Part shown: piece after piece, positions 16,943 through 26,515 of the stretch
Layout: each line of letters begins with the position of its first letter
Numbering within the stretch: position 1 is the first letter of the stretch
DNA from: a virus
Lineage: Duplodnaviria > Caudoviricetes
Virus record (IMG/VR): IMGVR_UViG_3300048598_000163
Span: 1-64,000 of that record
Direction: 5' to 3' (one strand)
Length of the DNA: 64,000 nt
The notes under the pieces: model-generated
Database searches by the model: none
The model's input: only the letters and a program-made list of their open reading frames with translations
What the model was told of the DNA's origin: nothing
Made by a program: the position numbers and the translations under genes

Positions 16943-17695
16943 CTAAATAGCTTCTTTCATCAGTTTGTCAAAGTTATCTCGGAGGGCTTTGACTTGGATC
17001 GCCGTCGCTACTGATATCTCCCTGGCATTCCAGAACATTTTCGATACCGATGTTTTAAACTCATCCATGATCCGCTGATTCTCGTCGTAAATCATTTCAC
17101 GACAGACCACATGGCCGCGGTATCCATCGTTGAGAAAGTTGGTAATCGTCTGGATTATTTCAATGGTTTTCGTCTGTTCATACTGCTGGAAGTCTTTTTC
17201 TGTTCTTGTGGCATAATGATTGTCCTCGAATGAGGCCTCAATAAGTTCTTTGCAATTATCTATCGCATCCTTCAAGGCTCGTACATATTCGCAATAGTCA
17301 GGATGATCTACCAGGCCGTTCTTTTCGCCGGAATCTAGCTTATCGCGAAGTACTCGAAGAAAAACGCTCTGTGCTCGTCCGCGAAGTCGTAAAGCCTCGG
17401 ACTTCACAAAAATCATCTGGTCTTTAAGCACGCGCTTCTCGAGCGTGTGCACCTGATCGAGCATTTCAGCTTGTTTCGTAAGTAGTATCACGATGTCCTT
17501 CCCATCAAGCGGCAATTTTTCTGATTTCTTCTTCCGTGAACCCTTAAAGGAAAAACCGTTTCGCGAGAGTTCTGCAACACCGAACTTCCGCAGCAGCCAC
17601 AGGGTTCCGGCAATAAGACCAAGAAGTCCAACAATACACGCGAAAAACAGCGCGATTATCTCCGGAACGGATAATGTTTTAAGCCACTCTGTCAT
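16943..17695 (-). CDS. Hypothetical membrane-anchored protein heading the lysis cassette
   Basis: N-terminal TM IIALFFACIVGLLGLIAGTLWLL then helical soluble domain. Confidence 0.6.
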   Translation of the reverse strand: MTEWLKTLSVPEIIALFFACIVGLLGLIAGTLWLLRKFGVAELSRNGFSFKGSRKKKSEKLPLDGKDIVILLTKQAEMLDQVHTLEKRVLKDQMIFVKSEALRLRGRAQSVFLRVLRDKLDSGEKNGLVDHPDYCEYVRALKDAIDNCKELIEASFEDNHYATRTEKDFQQYEQTKTIEIIQTITNFLNDGYRGHVVCREMIYDENQRIMDEFKTSVSKMFWNAREISVATAIQVKALRDNFDKLMKEAI

Positions 17696-17753
17696 TCATC
17701 AACTCCTTAAAACGTCATTATTCTTATTGCTGTTTTTTTCTAATTCAGAAAAT

Positions 17754-17794
17754 AAAAAAGGGCCGACACAGCGTCATTCGACGTGCATCGGCCC
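17754..17794 (-). terminator. Intrinsic terminator downstream of DGR RT
   Basis: GGGCCGA...TCGGCCC stem followed by TTTTTTATTTT on minus strand. Confidence 0.75.
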
Positions 17795-17847
17795 GACTCT
17801 TCAACTCGGCACCAATAGGTATATCAATTATTTCATACAGTTTATTA

Positions 17848-18867
17848 TCAATGCTGTGTTTTCGTCAACTCATTCCGCTTCTTCACGCTTACCTGAAGGC
17901 TATTAAGAAGAACTTTTTCGACAAGTTCGTGGCAGGCCGTTCCTTTGGCATGTCCAACCCATGATCCAATAGACCGAAGATACCGCTCGTCGGGGATCTT
18001 CCCCCTTTTCCATGCCCTGTATTTATTATTCATGCGGCCGATACTCTGCTTCTTTATCAACCTGTTATGCAGGAAAATACGAAATCCAACGAATTCGATC
18101 CCATCAGAAGTTTTTCCTATTCTGGTTTTATCGTTCAGACGAAGAGCGAGCTTTTTCTCAAGAAACTCCTCAATTACTGATTGAGTTACCCGTAGCTTTT
18201 CTTTTGAAGTATCGAGAATGATTACGTCGTCCATATACCGAATGTAATATTTTGTGCGTAGCTTAACCTTCATATAAAAATCGAGCTCGTTCAGGTACAC
18301 ATTGGCAAAAAGCTGCGAAAGCAAGTTTCCTATAGGCACCCCGGAACCTACAGCACTGTCAAGAACCATATCGAGTATCCATAACACGTCCGGATCATCA
18401 ATATAGGTTCGTACAATTTCCTTTAAGGTGGGAATATTAATCGACTGAAAGTATTTTTTAACGTCGCACTTTAGATATCTTTGCGTGCCAGCTTTACCCA
18501 TAAAGAATGAAAGGCGATTCGCTGCTTTTAAACTACCTTGCCCTGTTCGGCAGGCAAATGAATCATAAAGCATTTTCTTCTCGGATACGGGCTCAATCAC
18601 ACGGCAAATTGCGTGTTGCACTACCCTGTCACGAAACGGAAGAGCCGAGATAAGCCTCTCTTTAGGCTCGTAGACTTTAAACTGTCTGTATGGGCTCACT
18701 TTGTATGTTTTCCACACAAGCTCGTTTTGCAGCTGTATCAGATTATCTTCCAGGTTGTATGTAAAGTTCAGCACCTGTCCGCGGTAACGCTTTTGTCTCC
18801 TGGCAAGTAAATAAGCCTGATACAGGTTCTCGTAATCATAAATGCGCTCAAACAAGTTGACTGACAT
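17848..18867 (-). CDS. DGR reverse transcriptase
   Basis: PKERLISALPFRDRVVQHA, GVPIGNLLSQLFANVYL (DGR-type SQ motif), YIRYMDD; adjacent TR and avd. Confidence 0.97.
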   Translation of the reverse strand: MSVNLFERIYDYENLYQAYLLARRQKRYRGQVLNFTYNLEDNLIQLQNELVWKTYKVSPYRQFKVYEPKERLISALPFRDRVVQHAICRVIEPVSEKKMLYDSFACRTGQGSLKAANRLSFFMGKAGTQRYLKCDVKKYFQSINIPTLKEIVRTYIDDPDVLWILDMVLDSAVGSGVPIGNLLSQLFANVYLNELDFYMKVKLRTKYYIRYMDDVIILDTSKEKLRVTQSVIEEFLEKKLALRLNDKTRIGKTSDGIEFVGFRIFLHNRLIKKQSIGRMNNKYRAWKRGKIPDERYLRSIGSWVGHAKGTACHELVEKVLLNSLQVSVKKRNELTKTQH

Positions 18868-19103
18868 AGGTAAAACCTTTAAAGATGCAGCTAAAGATGA
18901 AGAAACAAGGTTGAAAAAAGCGGAGACCCCGTAGGGACTCCGCCAGCATAGTTCCCCCGGCTTTACGGGGTTGGGGCCTAATCTGACGTATCAATGTGCG
19001 TTTCCGCATATCACCCCGTTTCCGGGTTGCCCGCGAAGCCGAAGCCCCTCGGGCCGTCACTGCGTACCGGACCGTAATCCTGCACGACTTACTTTTCCAT
19101 CAT
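18868..19103 (-). ncRNA. DGR RNA spacer (TR 3' flank) with GC-rich hairpins
   Basis: GCGGAG 18920-25 / CTCCGC 18938-43 with inner CCC/GGG; CCCCG 18955-59 / CGGGG 18966-70. Confidence 0.5.
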
Positions 19104-19214
19104 CGTCACAGGCCAGGCGGCACCCGATGTTCGTGTTCACGTTCCAGGGATAGTTGTTCAAGTTAACAGTACGGGCACCATAGTGCGCGCCCTCGTTCCA
19201 GTTGCCGCCCGCAA
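19104..19214 (-). repeat. DGR template repeat (TR), 111 bp
   Basis: Identical to 19674..19784 except 9 positions, all TR adenines on the coding strand; eight AAC codons. Confidence 0.97.
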
Positions 19215-19217
19215 ACA

Positions 19218-19613
19218 TTAGGCTCCCTTTATTAAGCCGCCTATAAGGCGACCGATCTCGGCCACGCTCCTCGCAGCTGTCTCATAGCTCCGTGGCGCGA
19301 GATATTTACGCGTTCGTGCGTGTCGCAAGAAGAATCGCATCATCTCGAGCTGCACGTCAACCTCATACCACCCAGTTTTTTTGGCGTAAGACTTCTGGGT
19401 CTTAATTATCGTTTTCAGCATCTCGTAACAAAGATTCTTCATTTGCGACACAAGAGAAAGCCGTTCGGTTTTCGGGAACCTGTCGAGTATCGGTAAAAGC
19501 CAATTTGCAAAGTCTTCCACCTTCTGAAAAAGTTTCAGCGACTCCACCCCATATCTAGCAGTTCCAGTTGTATTTTTAGGCGCAGACTCAATGTTTCCCT
19601 CGACAGATTCCAC
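19218..19613 (-). CDS. avd: DGR accessory variability determinant
   Basis: 131 aa basic four-helix protein (FPKTERLSLVSQMKN...EIGRLIGGLIK) directly upstream of TR. Confidence 0.92.
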   Translation of the reverse strand: MESVEGNIESAPKNTTGTARYGVESLKLFQKVEDFANWLLPILDRFPKTERLSLVSQMKNLCYEMLKTIIKTQKSYAKKTGWYEVDVQLEMMRFFLRHARTRKYLAPRSYETAARSVAEIGRLIGGLIKGA

Positions 19614-19660
19614 AGATCACCTCTTCGTAAAAACAGTTATTCAGTTTCCAGTCGCACAGG

Positions 19661-19675
19661 CGCGCTTACAGCGCG
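19661..19675 (-). promoter_or_regulatory. DGR target-recognition hairpin immediately 3' of VR
   Basis: Minus strand CGCGCT-GTA-AGCGCG (6-bp stem, 3-nt loop) overlapping the target stop codon. Confidence 0.6.
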
Positions 19676-20850
19676 TCACAGGCCAGGCGGCACCCGACGC
19701 TCGTGCTCACGACCCAGGGAAAGTGGGTCAAGTAAACAGTACGGGCACCATAGTGCGCGCCCTCGTTCCAGTTGCCGCCCGCAATGAACGCAGTAAGTCC
19801 GACATTATTCGGAGCATAGATATCGCCCATTCCTGCTCCGGGAACATCCTGCCATGCCCACGAGGTACTATCCTGTCTGATGCAGTAATCCGCCTGCCAC
19901 TCGTACACGTTACCAACGGCGTCGCAGATGTTTTTCGCCGAAACCGCATACGGTTTAACCGAACCACCTTCGACGTATACGCCAGAGGCATTGAGCGAGC
20001 AACCGGTCGGGTATCGGCCCGTGTTCGTGGTCTTGGTCCATCCATAATTGTCAGCGGCGTCCTCACCTTCAGGGTTACCGTAGGCGGCCTGAAGCCATTC
20101 GGCGAATCGCGGCAAACGCTTTCCAGAACGCATCGCAAGCTCATTGAAGTTGTACTGATTGCAGCCTTCCGTTCCCGTTACCGGAGTTCCGCCGAATTTG
20201 CTTTGGAGCTTGCCACCGGCTACATGTAGACCGCTCGTAGCCGACTGGAATGAAATAGCCTCGGCAGCACTCGAGAGGTAAATATCGATCCAGAAATTGG
20301 TATCGATTTTAACCATTCCTTCCGGTGAGCATATTGGGCGATTCTTGAGATCCCATACGCTGTTTTGAAGGATACCAATGGCGGTATACGTCTTCCAGGC
20401 GGTCCCGAAGAGAGTGCCGTTGTTGTCTACCGGGACGTAGTTGGAATTAACGCGCCGGATCATTCCATAGTGGAATCCACCCACCTTCCTGGAATTATCG
20501 GCGGTATATCCTGCGGGATAGGTCGAATTGAGCGAAATCTTGAAAACTCCATCCGCTCCATCGTCGCACAGGTAGACGTAATAATCGCTTCCGAACACAA
20601 ACGCAGTGCCCGTATCAAGAGAGGATACGGACAGAACGATGTCGGCGTCCTTCACCTGATAAGGCTTGTACGTCCCTCCGGAATTGAGGAGGAACATAGA
20701 ATCCTTCTTCACCTTAACCGTGTTCGTCGTGAAAAGAAACGGGTCAACCTTCTCCATGATCGAGGCATCAGGAGCCTTGAAATCTGCCATCCTGAATACG
20801 CTGGCCGCGCTATTGTCGTCAACGTCATTCTTGATTCTGTATAGTGCCAT
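19666..20850 (-). CDS. DGR target protein, putative receptor-binding adhesin with C-type lectin (FGE/Mtd-like) fold
   Basis: GKRLPRFAEW, DAVGNVYEW, GGNW...GCR motifs; VR at C-terminus; follows tail-fibre gene. Confidence 0.9.
   Translation of the reverse strand: MALYRIKNDVDDNSAASVFRMADFKAPDASIMEKVDPFLFTTNTVKVKKDSMFLLNSGGTYKPYQVKDADIVLSVSSLDTGTAFVFGSDYYVYLCDDGADGVFKISLNSTYPAGYTADNSRKVGGFHYGMIRRVNSNYVPVDNNGTLFGTAWKTYTAIGILQNSVWDLKNRPICSPEGMVKIDTNFWIDIYLSSAAEAISFQSATSGLHVAGGKLQSKFGGTPVTGTEGCNQYNFNELAMRSGKRLPRFAEWLQAAYGNPEGEDAADNYGWTKTTNTGRYPTGCSLNASGVYVEGGSVKPYAVSAKNICDAVGNVYEWQADYCIRQDSTSWAWQDVPGAGMGDIYAPNNVGLTAFIAGGNWNEGAHYGARTVYLTHFPWVVSTSVGCRLACDAL
19674..19784 (-). repeat. DGR variable repeat (VR) at 3' end of target gene
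   Basis: Encodes AGGNWNEGAHYGARTVYLTHFPWVVSTSVGCRLACD versus TR AGGNWNEGAHYGARTVNLNNYPWNVNTNIGCRLACD. Confidence 0.97.
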
Positions 20851-20853
20851 CTG

Positions 20854-21135
20854 TCATACCCCCAATTTCGTAAGCATGGTTTCGACATCCGCATCAGACA
20901 GGCCGGAAAGAGCGAACGCGGACGACGGATCCTCTTCAGATTCAAAGTCATCCGTAGTCTGCTCTTCCGCTTTCTTTTTCTTTGCGGAACCTTTTAGCAC
21001 GAGACGAGTTTTCGTCCCCTGCAAAGCACGAAGACGCTCGGCGAATTCAACCTTCCCGTCCCCAGTGTCCCGGACATAGGCAAAGGCATGAAGCCAGTCG
21101 TCGCGGGTCTGAAGGTTCTGCGGAATTCCTTTCAT
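20854..21135 (-). CDS. Small tail-fibre-associated protein
   Basis: 93 aa ORF between fibre and DGR target. Confidence 0.55.
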   Translation of the reverse strand: MKGIPQNLQTRDDWLHAFAYVRDTGDGKVEFAERLRALQGTKTRLVLKGSAKKKKAEEQTTDDFESEEDPSSAFALSGLSDADVETMLTKLGV

Positions 21136-21149
21136 TGTATTACTTCCTC

Positions 21150-22637
21150 CTAGTTGGTGAAATACGCTTTTATCGCAATGCTTTCATTCGCACCCAACAG
21201 GGACGAACCAAGCAATCCAGAACCTAATTTTTGAGCCGGTACACCTTCTTTAATGGTGCCGTTTTTGAATATGTACGTGTGTACGATTATCGAGTCAGAC
21301 AGTACTTCAACCGAAGTGTTGGCAATTTCCGCGTGAGTTCCATAAAGCTGAAGGAGGAGCGCGTAGTAGACGCCTTCTGCAAGCTCGCTAATCCCAAGGT
21401 CTGAAAAGTAGAATCTTTTTGGTGACGCCGAAACGGTGAGGCTTTTTACAATCATTGAGAATTGGGTAATAATACCAAGCTGCTCCTTTGTTACCTCGTG
21501 CGGATTTTCTTTATCAGCGACATGGGCGGCGAGCGCGGTTGCTACTGACTGAACCATCGCTTTCGTAGCAATAGACGCGTCGGAATCAGCCGCAAAGTTA
21601 CTCGGAACTGTAATATGAATCTCATTTTCCGCGTACTCTATGTTAAATACGGTTTTTCCGCAAATCTTGATGTACCCGGTACCGTCAGCATTAGCACCAA
21701 TGCAAATCGGATTTACCAGGACACCTTCAGCAAAAGACGCCGATGACTCTACATCTCCAACAAAACCGACTTTGTTGGTTCCTGTTTTGAAAAAGGCAGC
21801 GAGAGTGTTTATTGCGGCCGCGATCTTCGCTACGGATGAAAAAACCGTTGTACTTCCGGGTACGTTTTCCGACCCGAGGGTAAAATCTGAACCAACAGGT
21901 ACAACACGACCGGAAAGCTGCGCGTCCCCTGTTCCTATATCGATATTTGCCGCCTTGATGACCTTTTCCTTGTGCGATCCATCGGTATTGTGCTGCGCAC
22001 GAACAAGCGCACGATTATCCGATAACAGACCGACGCTAAATGTCCTTGCCTTTTCGTTGGTCCATTCGGCGTTCTCGGCGCCGGGAAGGTCCGCTGTAAC
22101 CGGACGTATGTTCGATTGCTGAACATAGGTTGATTCAGCCGGAATAAGCACTTCTGCCAGCTTTATATACCCGGCGTCGGTTGTCGGAGCTTGCGATGAT
22201 CCTGCCACGCCCTGCTTAACCGAATACGAAACAATGAGCCGTTTTTTTGTTTTAACGTTCACGTATGTCTTAACGTCTGTGCTCGGATCATTAAACGCTC
22301 TCTGCTGCTCGTCGTATTCTTCGTACATGCCTTTTATTTGCAGCAGATCAATGCGATCCTGCGCGCCGGCAGCGACAAATGGTATCGGTCCGATTTTTTC
22401 CGTGTCAGCGACGCATAATTCGGCATCGCTCGAATATCCGGTAATTGGTCCGATATAAACATTCATCGACTCAACAGGGTCGGCAGTAACCGCACCCCCT
22501 ATTATGAAGTCGGTATTACGCTCGACTATCAAATTCAAAAGAAGCGAAACGTTGTCAACAAGGCTATCGAACCCGTGCGTTACATCGGTTGCCTTTACAA
22601 TTTCGTTTTCCTGGACAACTGCAGTTTCAATTTTCAT
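21150..22637 (-). CDS. Tail fibre / baseplate fibre-anchor protein
   Basis: APTTDAGYIKLAEVLIPA motif and HVADKENPHEVTKEQLG fibre motif; follows baseplate genes. Confidence 0.7.
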   Translation of the reverse strand: MKIETAVVQENEIVKATDVTHGFDSLVDNVSLLLNLIVERNTDFIIGGAVTADPVESMNVYIGPITGYSSDAELCVADTEKIGPIPFVAAGAQDRIDLLQIKGMYEEYDEQQRAFNDPSTDVKTYVNVKTKKRLIVSYSVKQGVAGSSQAPTTDAGYIKLAEVLIPAESTYVQQSNIRPVTADLPGAENAEWTNEKARTFSVGLLSDNRALVRAQHNTDGSHKEKVIKAANIDIGTGDAQLSGRVVPVGSDFTLGSENVPGSTTVFSSVAKIAAAINTLAAFFKTGTNKVGFVGDVESSASFAEGVLVNPICIGANADGTGYIKICGKTVFNIEYAENEIHITVPSNFAADSDASIATKAMVQSVATALAAHVADKENPHEVTKEQLGIITQFSMIVKSLTVSASPKRFYFSDLGISELAEGVYYALLLQLYGTHAEIANTSVEVLSDSIIVHTYIFKNGTIKEGVPAQKLGSGLLGSSLLGANESIAIKAYFTN

Positions 22638-22646
22638 ATCCGCTCC

Positions 22647-23693
22647 TTATTCTCCATAATCCCGCTCGGCGAATTCAAGGTACGCCTTAATCCCGAATGG
22701 CTTTATCAAATCCAATATGTCCTGATAAATATCTCTTGCGAATCCTGCGGAAACGCCAGTAAAGAAAACCTGATCGAAATAACCTGCCTTGCTATAGTCA
22801 GGAACTTTAATCGGATCTGGGTCCGTTGTTCCGCCTGCAAGATGCATCACATCTCCAACAACCTCGCCTGAAAAGTTCACTACCACGGTGAATGTTCCAT
22901 AGGCGAATTTCTCTACAAAACTCGCGTGATCAACATACCCCGATGATCCGGAAACACCGCAGAATTTCACATTAAGGCTCGATGCTGTCTTTTTGATAAT
23001 AAACAACTGCTGGTCTGCCCAATCAGTGGTGCTAAACACATTTACGAATTCAGCGAGTTGCCATTCCATGGTAGAAGCATTCCAATACATACCGGCGTCG
23101 TCTGTTATTCTTAAACTACATGCGCCCTTCAGAAAGAAATGAAGAGAAAACGTGCCTGCTGCCACGGCTATGTTCTGCTGACACGTTCCGGCGCCCGCGA
23201 GATAAAGACCTTTCGCCTTTGAAAATCGCGCTACCGGAGCAAGGGTACATCCGTCGAGCGTCCAGCCTGTTTCGCCTTCAAAGTCAGAATCAAGCATCAT
23301 ATTCGCCGCGGTCGCCCCGGTGTTTTCTATCACGTAAATCGCAGCAGTTGGAAAATACTTCTCGAAAACATGCTTGATGTTCCATGGTGTACCGAACACC
23401 AGATCGCCGGCGCGTGCGGTAATCGCCTTGAACCGATTAACAAGAGCGGTATCGGTTTCCTCAAAATAACGCTCCATCCCGATAAAGAAATCTACCGTCT
23501 TATCAAGCATCTCGCCGGTATGATTATTTACGTTGTCATTTTGCGTATACGAATCGACATATTCTATAAGATCGTCGAATTCATTCGCGAGCGCGCCATC
23601 GCCTTCGTCATCGGAGACGATTGCCGCTACTGTTGGATCCGTAAGATTCAGACCGCCGGGAAGGTTTTTCAGAAGTTCAGAGCCCTGACCCAT
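22647..23693 (-). CDS. Baseplate wedge protein (gpI-like position)
   Basis: After baseplate J; C-terminal LDLIKPFGIKAY motif. Confidence 0.6.
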   Translation of the reverse strand: MGQGSELLKNLPGGLNLTDPTVAAIVSDDEGDGALANEFDDLIEYVDSYTQNDNVNNHTGEMLDKTVDFFIGMERYFEETDTALVNRFKAITARAGDLVFGTPWNIKHVFEKYFPTAAIYVIENTGATAANMMLDSDFEGETGWTLDGCTLAPVARFSKAKGLYLAGAGTCQQNIAVAAGTFSLHFFLKGACSLRITDDAGMYWNASTMEWQLAEFVNVFSTTDWADQQLFIIKKTASSLNVKFCGVSGSSGYVDHASFVEKFAYGTFTVVVNFSGEVVGDVMHLAGGTTDPDPIKVPDYSKAGYFDQVFFTGVSAGFARDIYQDILDLIKPFGIKAYLEFAERDYGE

Positions 23694-24769
23694 TAAATTG
23701 CCTCCACGATGATCATTGCGCTGCCGAAGCGAGCGATTTGATTATCACCGATGGCGATATTGTCGGACGGACTGGTTATTTTCACATCCTTTATATATGA
23801 GATTCTTCTTAACGCCAGTATGATCGTCGTGAGAACTACATCGTCCCCGATTAGAAGCCCATTTATATAGGTTTTGATCGCGTCCTCCGCGTCATATTTT
23901 GCGACTGATTCATCCGTTCTGTAGGTGCTAATCGTAACGGCGATATTTACAGGTACTATCGTCGGGGCAAGAACACGGATGTTCACCCCTGGAGCTCGCC
24001 GTCCCGTACTGGCCGCGGTCCCGAGGCCGTTAATCAGCGTCTTTACTTCTGCAATTACGACATCTGTTGCATTTCCAGTGCCATCGTCTACATACAGCGT
24101 TCCGCTGTAAATATTATCGATAGGCGGAAAATGTTCGACCGGCGAGCAGGACCGTACTGATTCAAGACCAAGTACGGCAGATTTCAGGCCGTAAAGGTTG
24201 GTCCCCTGAAGGCCCTTGATATATTCCTGGAATCGTTCAAGACGATCAGATTCCTTTTCTTCGTTGGCGCCACCCGTTGTTTTTGCAGCATTCGTTACCG
24301 AGACTACATCGCTGGTGAGTACGGAATCGATAGTGCTTATTGCTCCAATGGAGACGTTATAGTCGGTTCCTACGAGAGCAGCAACGACCGAAACAGAATC
24401 GGAGCTAAGTTCCCCTGCCGCTATCGTTCCGACAGAGGTTGTTATGAATTTCAGCTCCCCCGCCAGAATAATCGTACCGACAGGGATTTTCGTTGCATAC
24501 GAATACGTCTTCGTTCGAGAGAAAACAACGGTTCCGGTAGCTTTAACCCCGTTTTTTTTCACAAAATCAAATACCGAGTACGGCAAGCCTTTAAGATAAG
24601 AATCATACCCGACGCGACATCGTATGTAGGTTAGCGCGAGTTGCCGCGCGACGGCCTCGGTAAACGATGCTACGACTGATCCATCATTGAAGTCTGTGAG
24701 CCGGTTCTGCTTTGCAATGATTGTGTTCTTCATCGAATTGTATAGTTCGTCGAAAGTCTTCGTTTCCAT
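23693..24769 (-). CDS. Baseplate J-like protein
   Basis: TDFNDGSV, ATGTVVF, GGANEEKESDRLERF, YSGTLYVDDGTG. Confidence 0.9.
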   Translation of the reverse strand: METKTFDELYNSMKNTIIAKQNRLTDFNDGSVVASFTEAVARQLALTYIRCRVGYDSYLKGLPYSVFDFVKKNGVKATGTVVFSRTKTYSYATKIPVGTIILAGELKFITTSVGTIAAGELSSDSVSVVAALVGTDYNVSIGAISTIDSVLTSDVVSVTNAAKTTGGANEEKESDRLERFQEYIKGLQGTNLYGLKSAVLGLESVRSCSPVEHFPPIDNIYSGTLYVDDGTGNATDVVIAEVKTLINGLGTAASTGRRAPGVNIRVLAPTIVPVNIAVTISTYRTDESVAKYDAEDAIKTYINGLLIGDDVVLTTIILALRRISYIKDVKITSPSDNIAIGDNQIARFGSAMIIVEAI

Positions 24770-24770
24770 T

Positions 24771-26507
24771 TCACACTCTCCCTTTCGCGGTGTTCACGTT
24801 CCCGTTAATGTCCGTATAATCGATTTCCACATAAAGGTTATCTCCGGAACCAGAGAACCTGATATCTTCTACACCAGACACGCGCGGATCTGCCGATACA
24901 GTCATTTCTATCGACGAGATAAGGTACGAAACGCCAGCAACCGGATCTGCTACGGTATTCTTTATACCGTATGTGCTCAATCTTATCCTGGCGTCAACGC
25001 TTTCACGCAACCTCATAAGAATTGCCTGCGAAAGATTATCAGCTCCGTCAACAAGAAGGAAGTCTCCCGTTTGTGAGATTTCAATATTTCCATCTTGGTC
25101 TAGTGCTACGTCTTTTCCGTAATTATCTGCATCCTCTTTAAGCGCATAGATAAGGTTGTTCTGCACGGCTTCTGTTTGATCAAATACAGGCACAAAAATC
25201 GTTTCGCCTGGCTCAAGATCGTCAATCGATGCCACCCCGTTATACGTGGCAATATCTGCAGCCTTGTCGGCCGATCCAAGATATTTTGCCGCCACTGATT
25301 CAAACGTTGTTTCGCTCGTCACCGTAACGGGTGTATCTCCATAAACGGTCGAAACGCGACTGCACAAGAATCTGCCATTTGCATTGACAACGGGGTCGCT
25401 GTCCTTATCGGAGTCGCCGCTTCCGATCGTTATATCGGGCACACCGGACTTCCCTCCCGCGGCCACTGTTCCTGCGTCATCTTCAGCTTGACCGGCTATG
25501 CTGTTTATAGTGTCCTGGAACTCTTGAGCATTGCAATCATACTGTTCAAGAATATCTTCAGGTATTTCGTAGTTCTCTTCCGAACCTATTCGGCGACATT
25601 GAGTTGAGACATTCTCGACCGATTTGAATAGCGCCAGGGTCGAATTCTGAAAATCTAGTCCCGTCTCGAGCCCGTAAGTAACGAACCCCATCGTCACGTC
25701 GTCGTAAAGGCCAAAAGCCTCCGCAGTTATGTTGTTCATCGACTCCGCGGCATTGTTCACAAATCCATTTATTCCGTCAGTGAATGCGGACAGCGTGTCC
25801 TTGGCGCCCTGTACAAAAGAACGGGCGTCAGCGATCGCGTTTGAAACATCCTCCATCCACGACAGCGCATTGTTGAGTTTCTCCATGGCGCTATCGATCT
25901 TGTTTATCAGCTCCTCGAAATCAATGTTGAACCATTTCGGGTATTTACCTTTCTTTGGATCCTTTGGATCGACTCCCGTAAATTCAATAGTATACCGGAA
26001 AGTAAATGGCCTATCGCTCGCCCTCCGTATCTTGAAATCTCCGAGGAAAACCTGCCAGTAATTTCTAGTCGCCCGTTTCGTGGCTGTGGTACCACCAACA
26101 CGTTCGATTTTCGAAAGATCGTAAAGCATCACCTTTTTTTGAAGATTATCGACTCCTGTTTTATACTTCAGAAGGAGATCACGCAGGTAGAATATCTCAT
26201 CCTCTCCCGACATCCATTTATCGCTCTTCCCGGGACGGTATATTTTTTTCAGTGAGTTATTCACCGTTGATCCAGATAAGCTTATTCTTACGGCGTCGGC
26301 TCCATAATCATCGACATGAAGACCACCGAACGTCTTTGTTTCGCTTTTTCTTTGTGAGTAAGTAAAGTCTTCTGATTCAGGCGGAAGAGAAAAGGTGAAT
26401 GCCTCTTCGACGCTTACCCCGTCCTTGCCGAGAAATTCGAGGAGGTAGGCTTTTTTCCAGAGATTCGTTTTCAGGTACGTTTTATTGGTAGCCACAGACG
26501 TTCTCAT
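24771..26507 (-). CDS. Multi-domain baseplate protein: tube-initiator-like N-terminus + LysM + gp25/gpW-like C-terminus (likely start ATG 26507)
   Basis: LysM-like TFESVAAKYLGSADKAADIATYNG...LEPGETIFVP; C-terminal GDFLLVDGADNLSQAILMRL...YG. Confidence 0.65.
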   Translation of the reverse strand: MRTSVATNKTYLKTNLWKKAYLLEFLGKDGVSVEEAFTFSLPPESEDFTYSQRKSETKTFGGLHVDDYGADAVRISLSGSTVNNSLKKIYRPGKSDKWMSGEDEIFYLRDLLLKYKTGVDNLQKKVMLYDLSKIERVGGTTATKRATRNYWQVFLGDFKIRRASDRPFTFRYTIEFTGVDPKDPKKGKYPKWFNIDFEELINKIDSAMEKLNNALSWMEDVSNAIADARSFVQGAKDTLSAFTDGINGFVNNAAESMNNITAEAFGLYDDVTMGFVTYGLETGLDFQNSTLALFKSVENVSTQCRRIGSEENYEIPEDILEQYDCNAQEFQDTINSIAGQAEDDAGTVAAGGKSGVPDITIGSGDSDKDSDPVVNANGRFLCSRVSTVYGDTPVTVTSETTFESVAAKYLGSADKAADIATYNGVASIDDLEPGETIFVPVFDQTEAVQNNLIYALKEDADNYGKDVALDQDGNIEISQTGDFLLVDGADNLSQAILMRLRESVDARIRLSTYGIKNTVADPVAGVSYLISSIEMTVSADPRVSGVEDIRFSGSGDNLYVEIDYTDINGNVNTAKGRV

Positions 26508-26515
26508 TTTCACCC

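Noticed and set aside
19057-19218. 53-codon ORF spanning TR, started by ATG overlapping the avd stop
   Set aside because: TR is in frame by descent from the VR sequence; no evidence the peptide is functional
19651-19662. GTCGCACAGGCG resembling the VR 3' end (second IMH or VR)
   Set aside because: Only about 8 matching bases; no second VR-like region was found by eye elsewhere in the window
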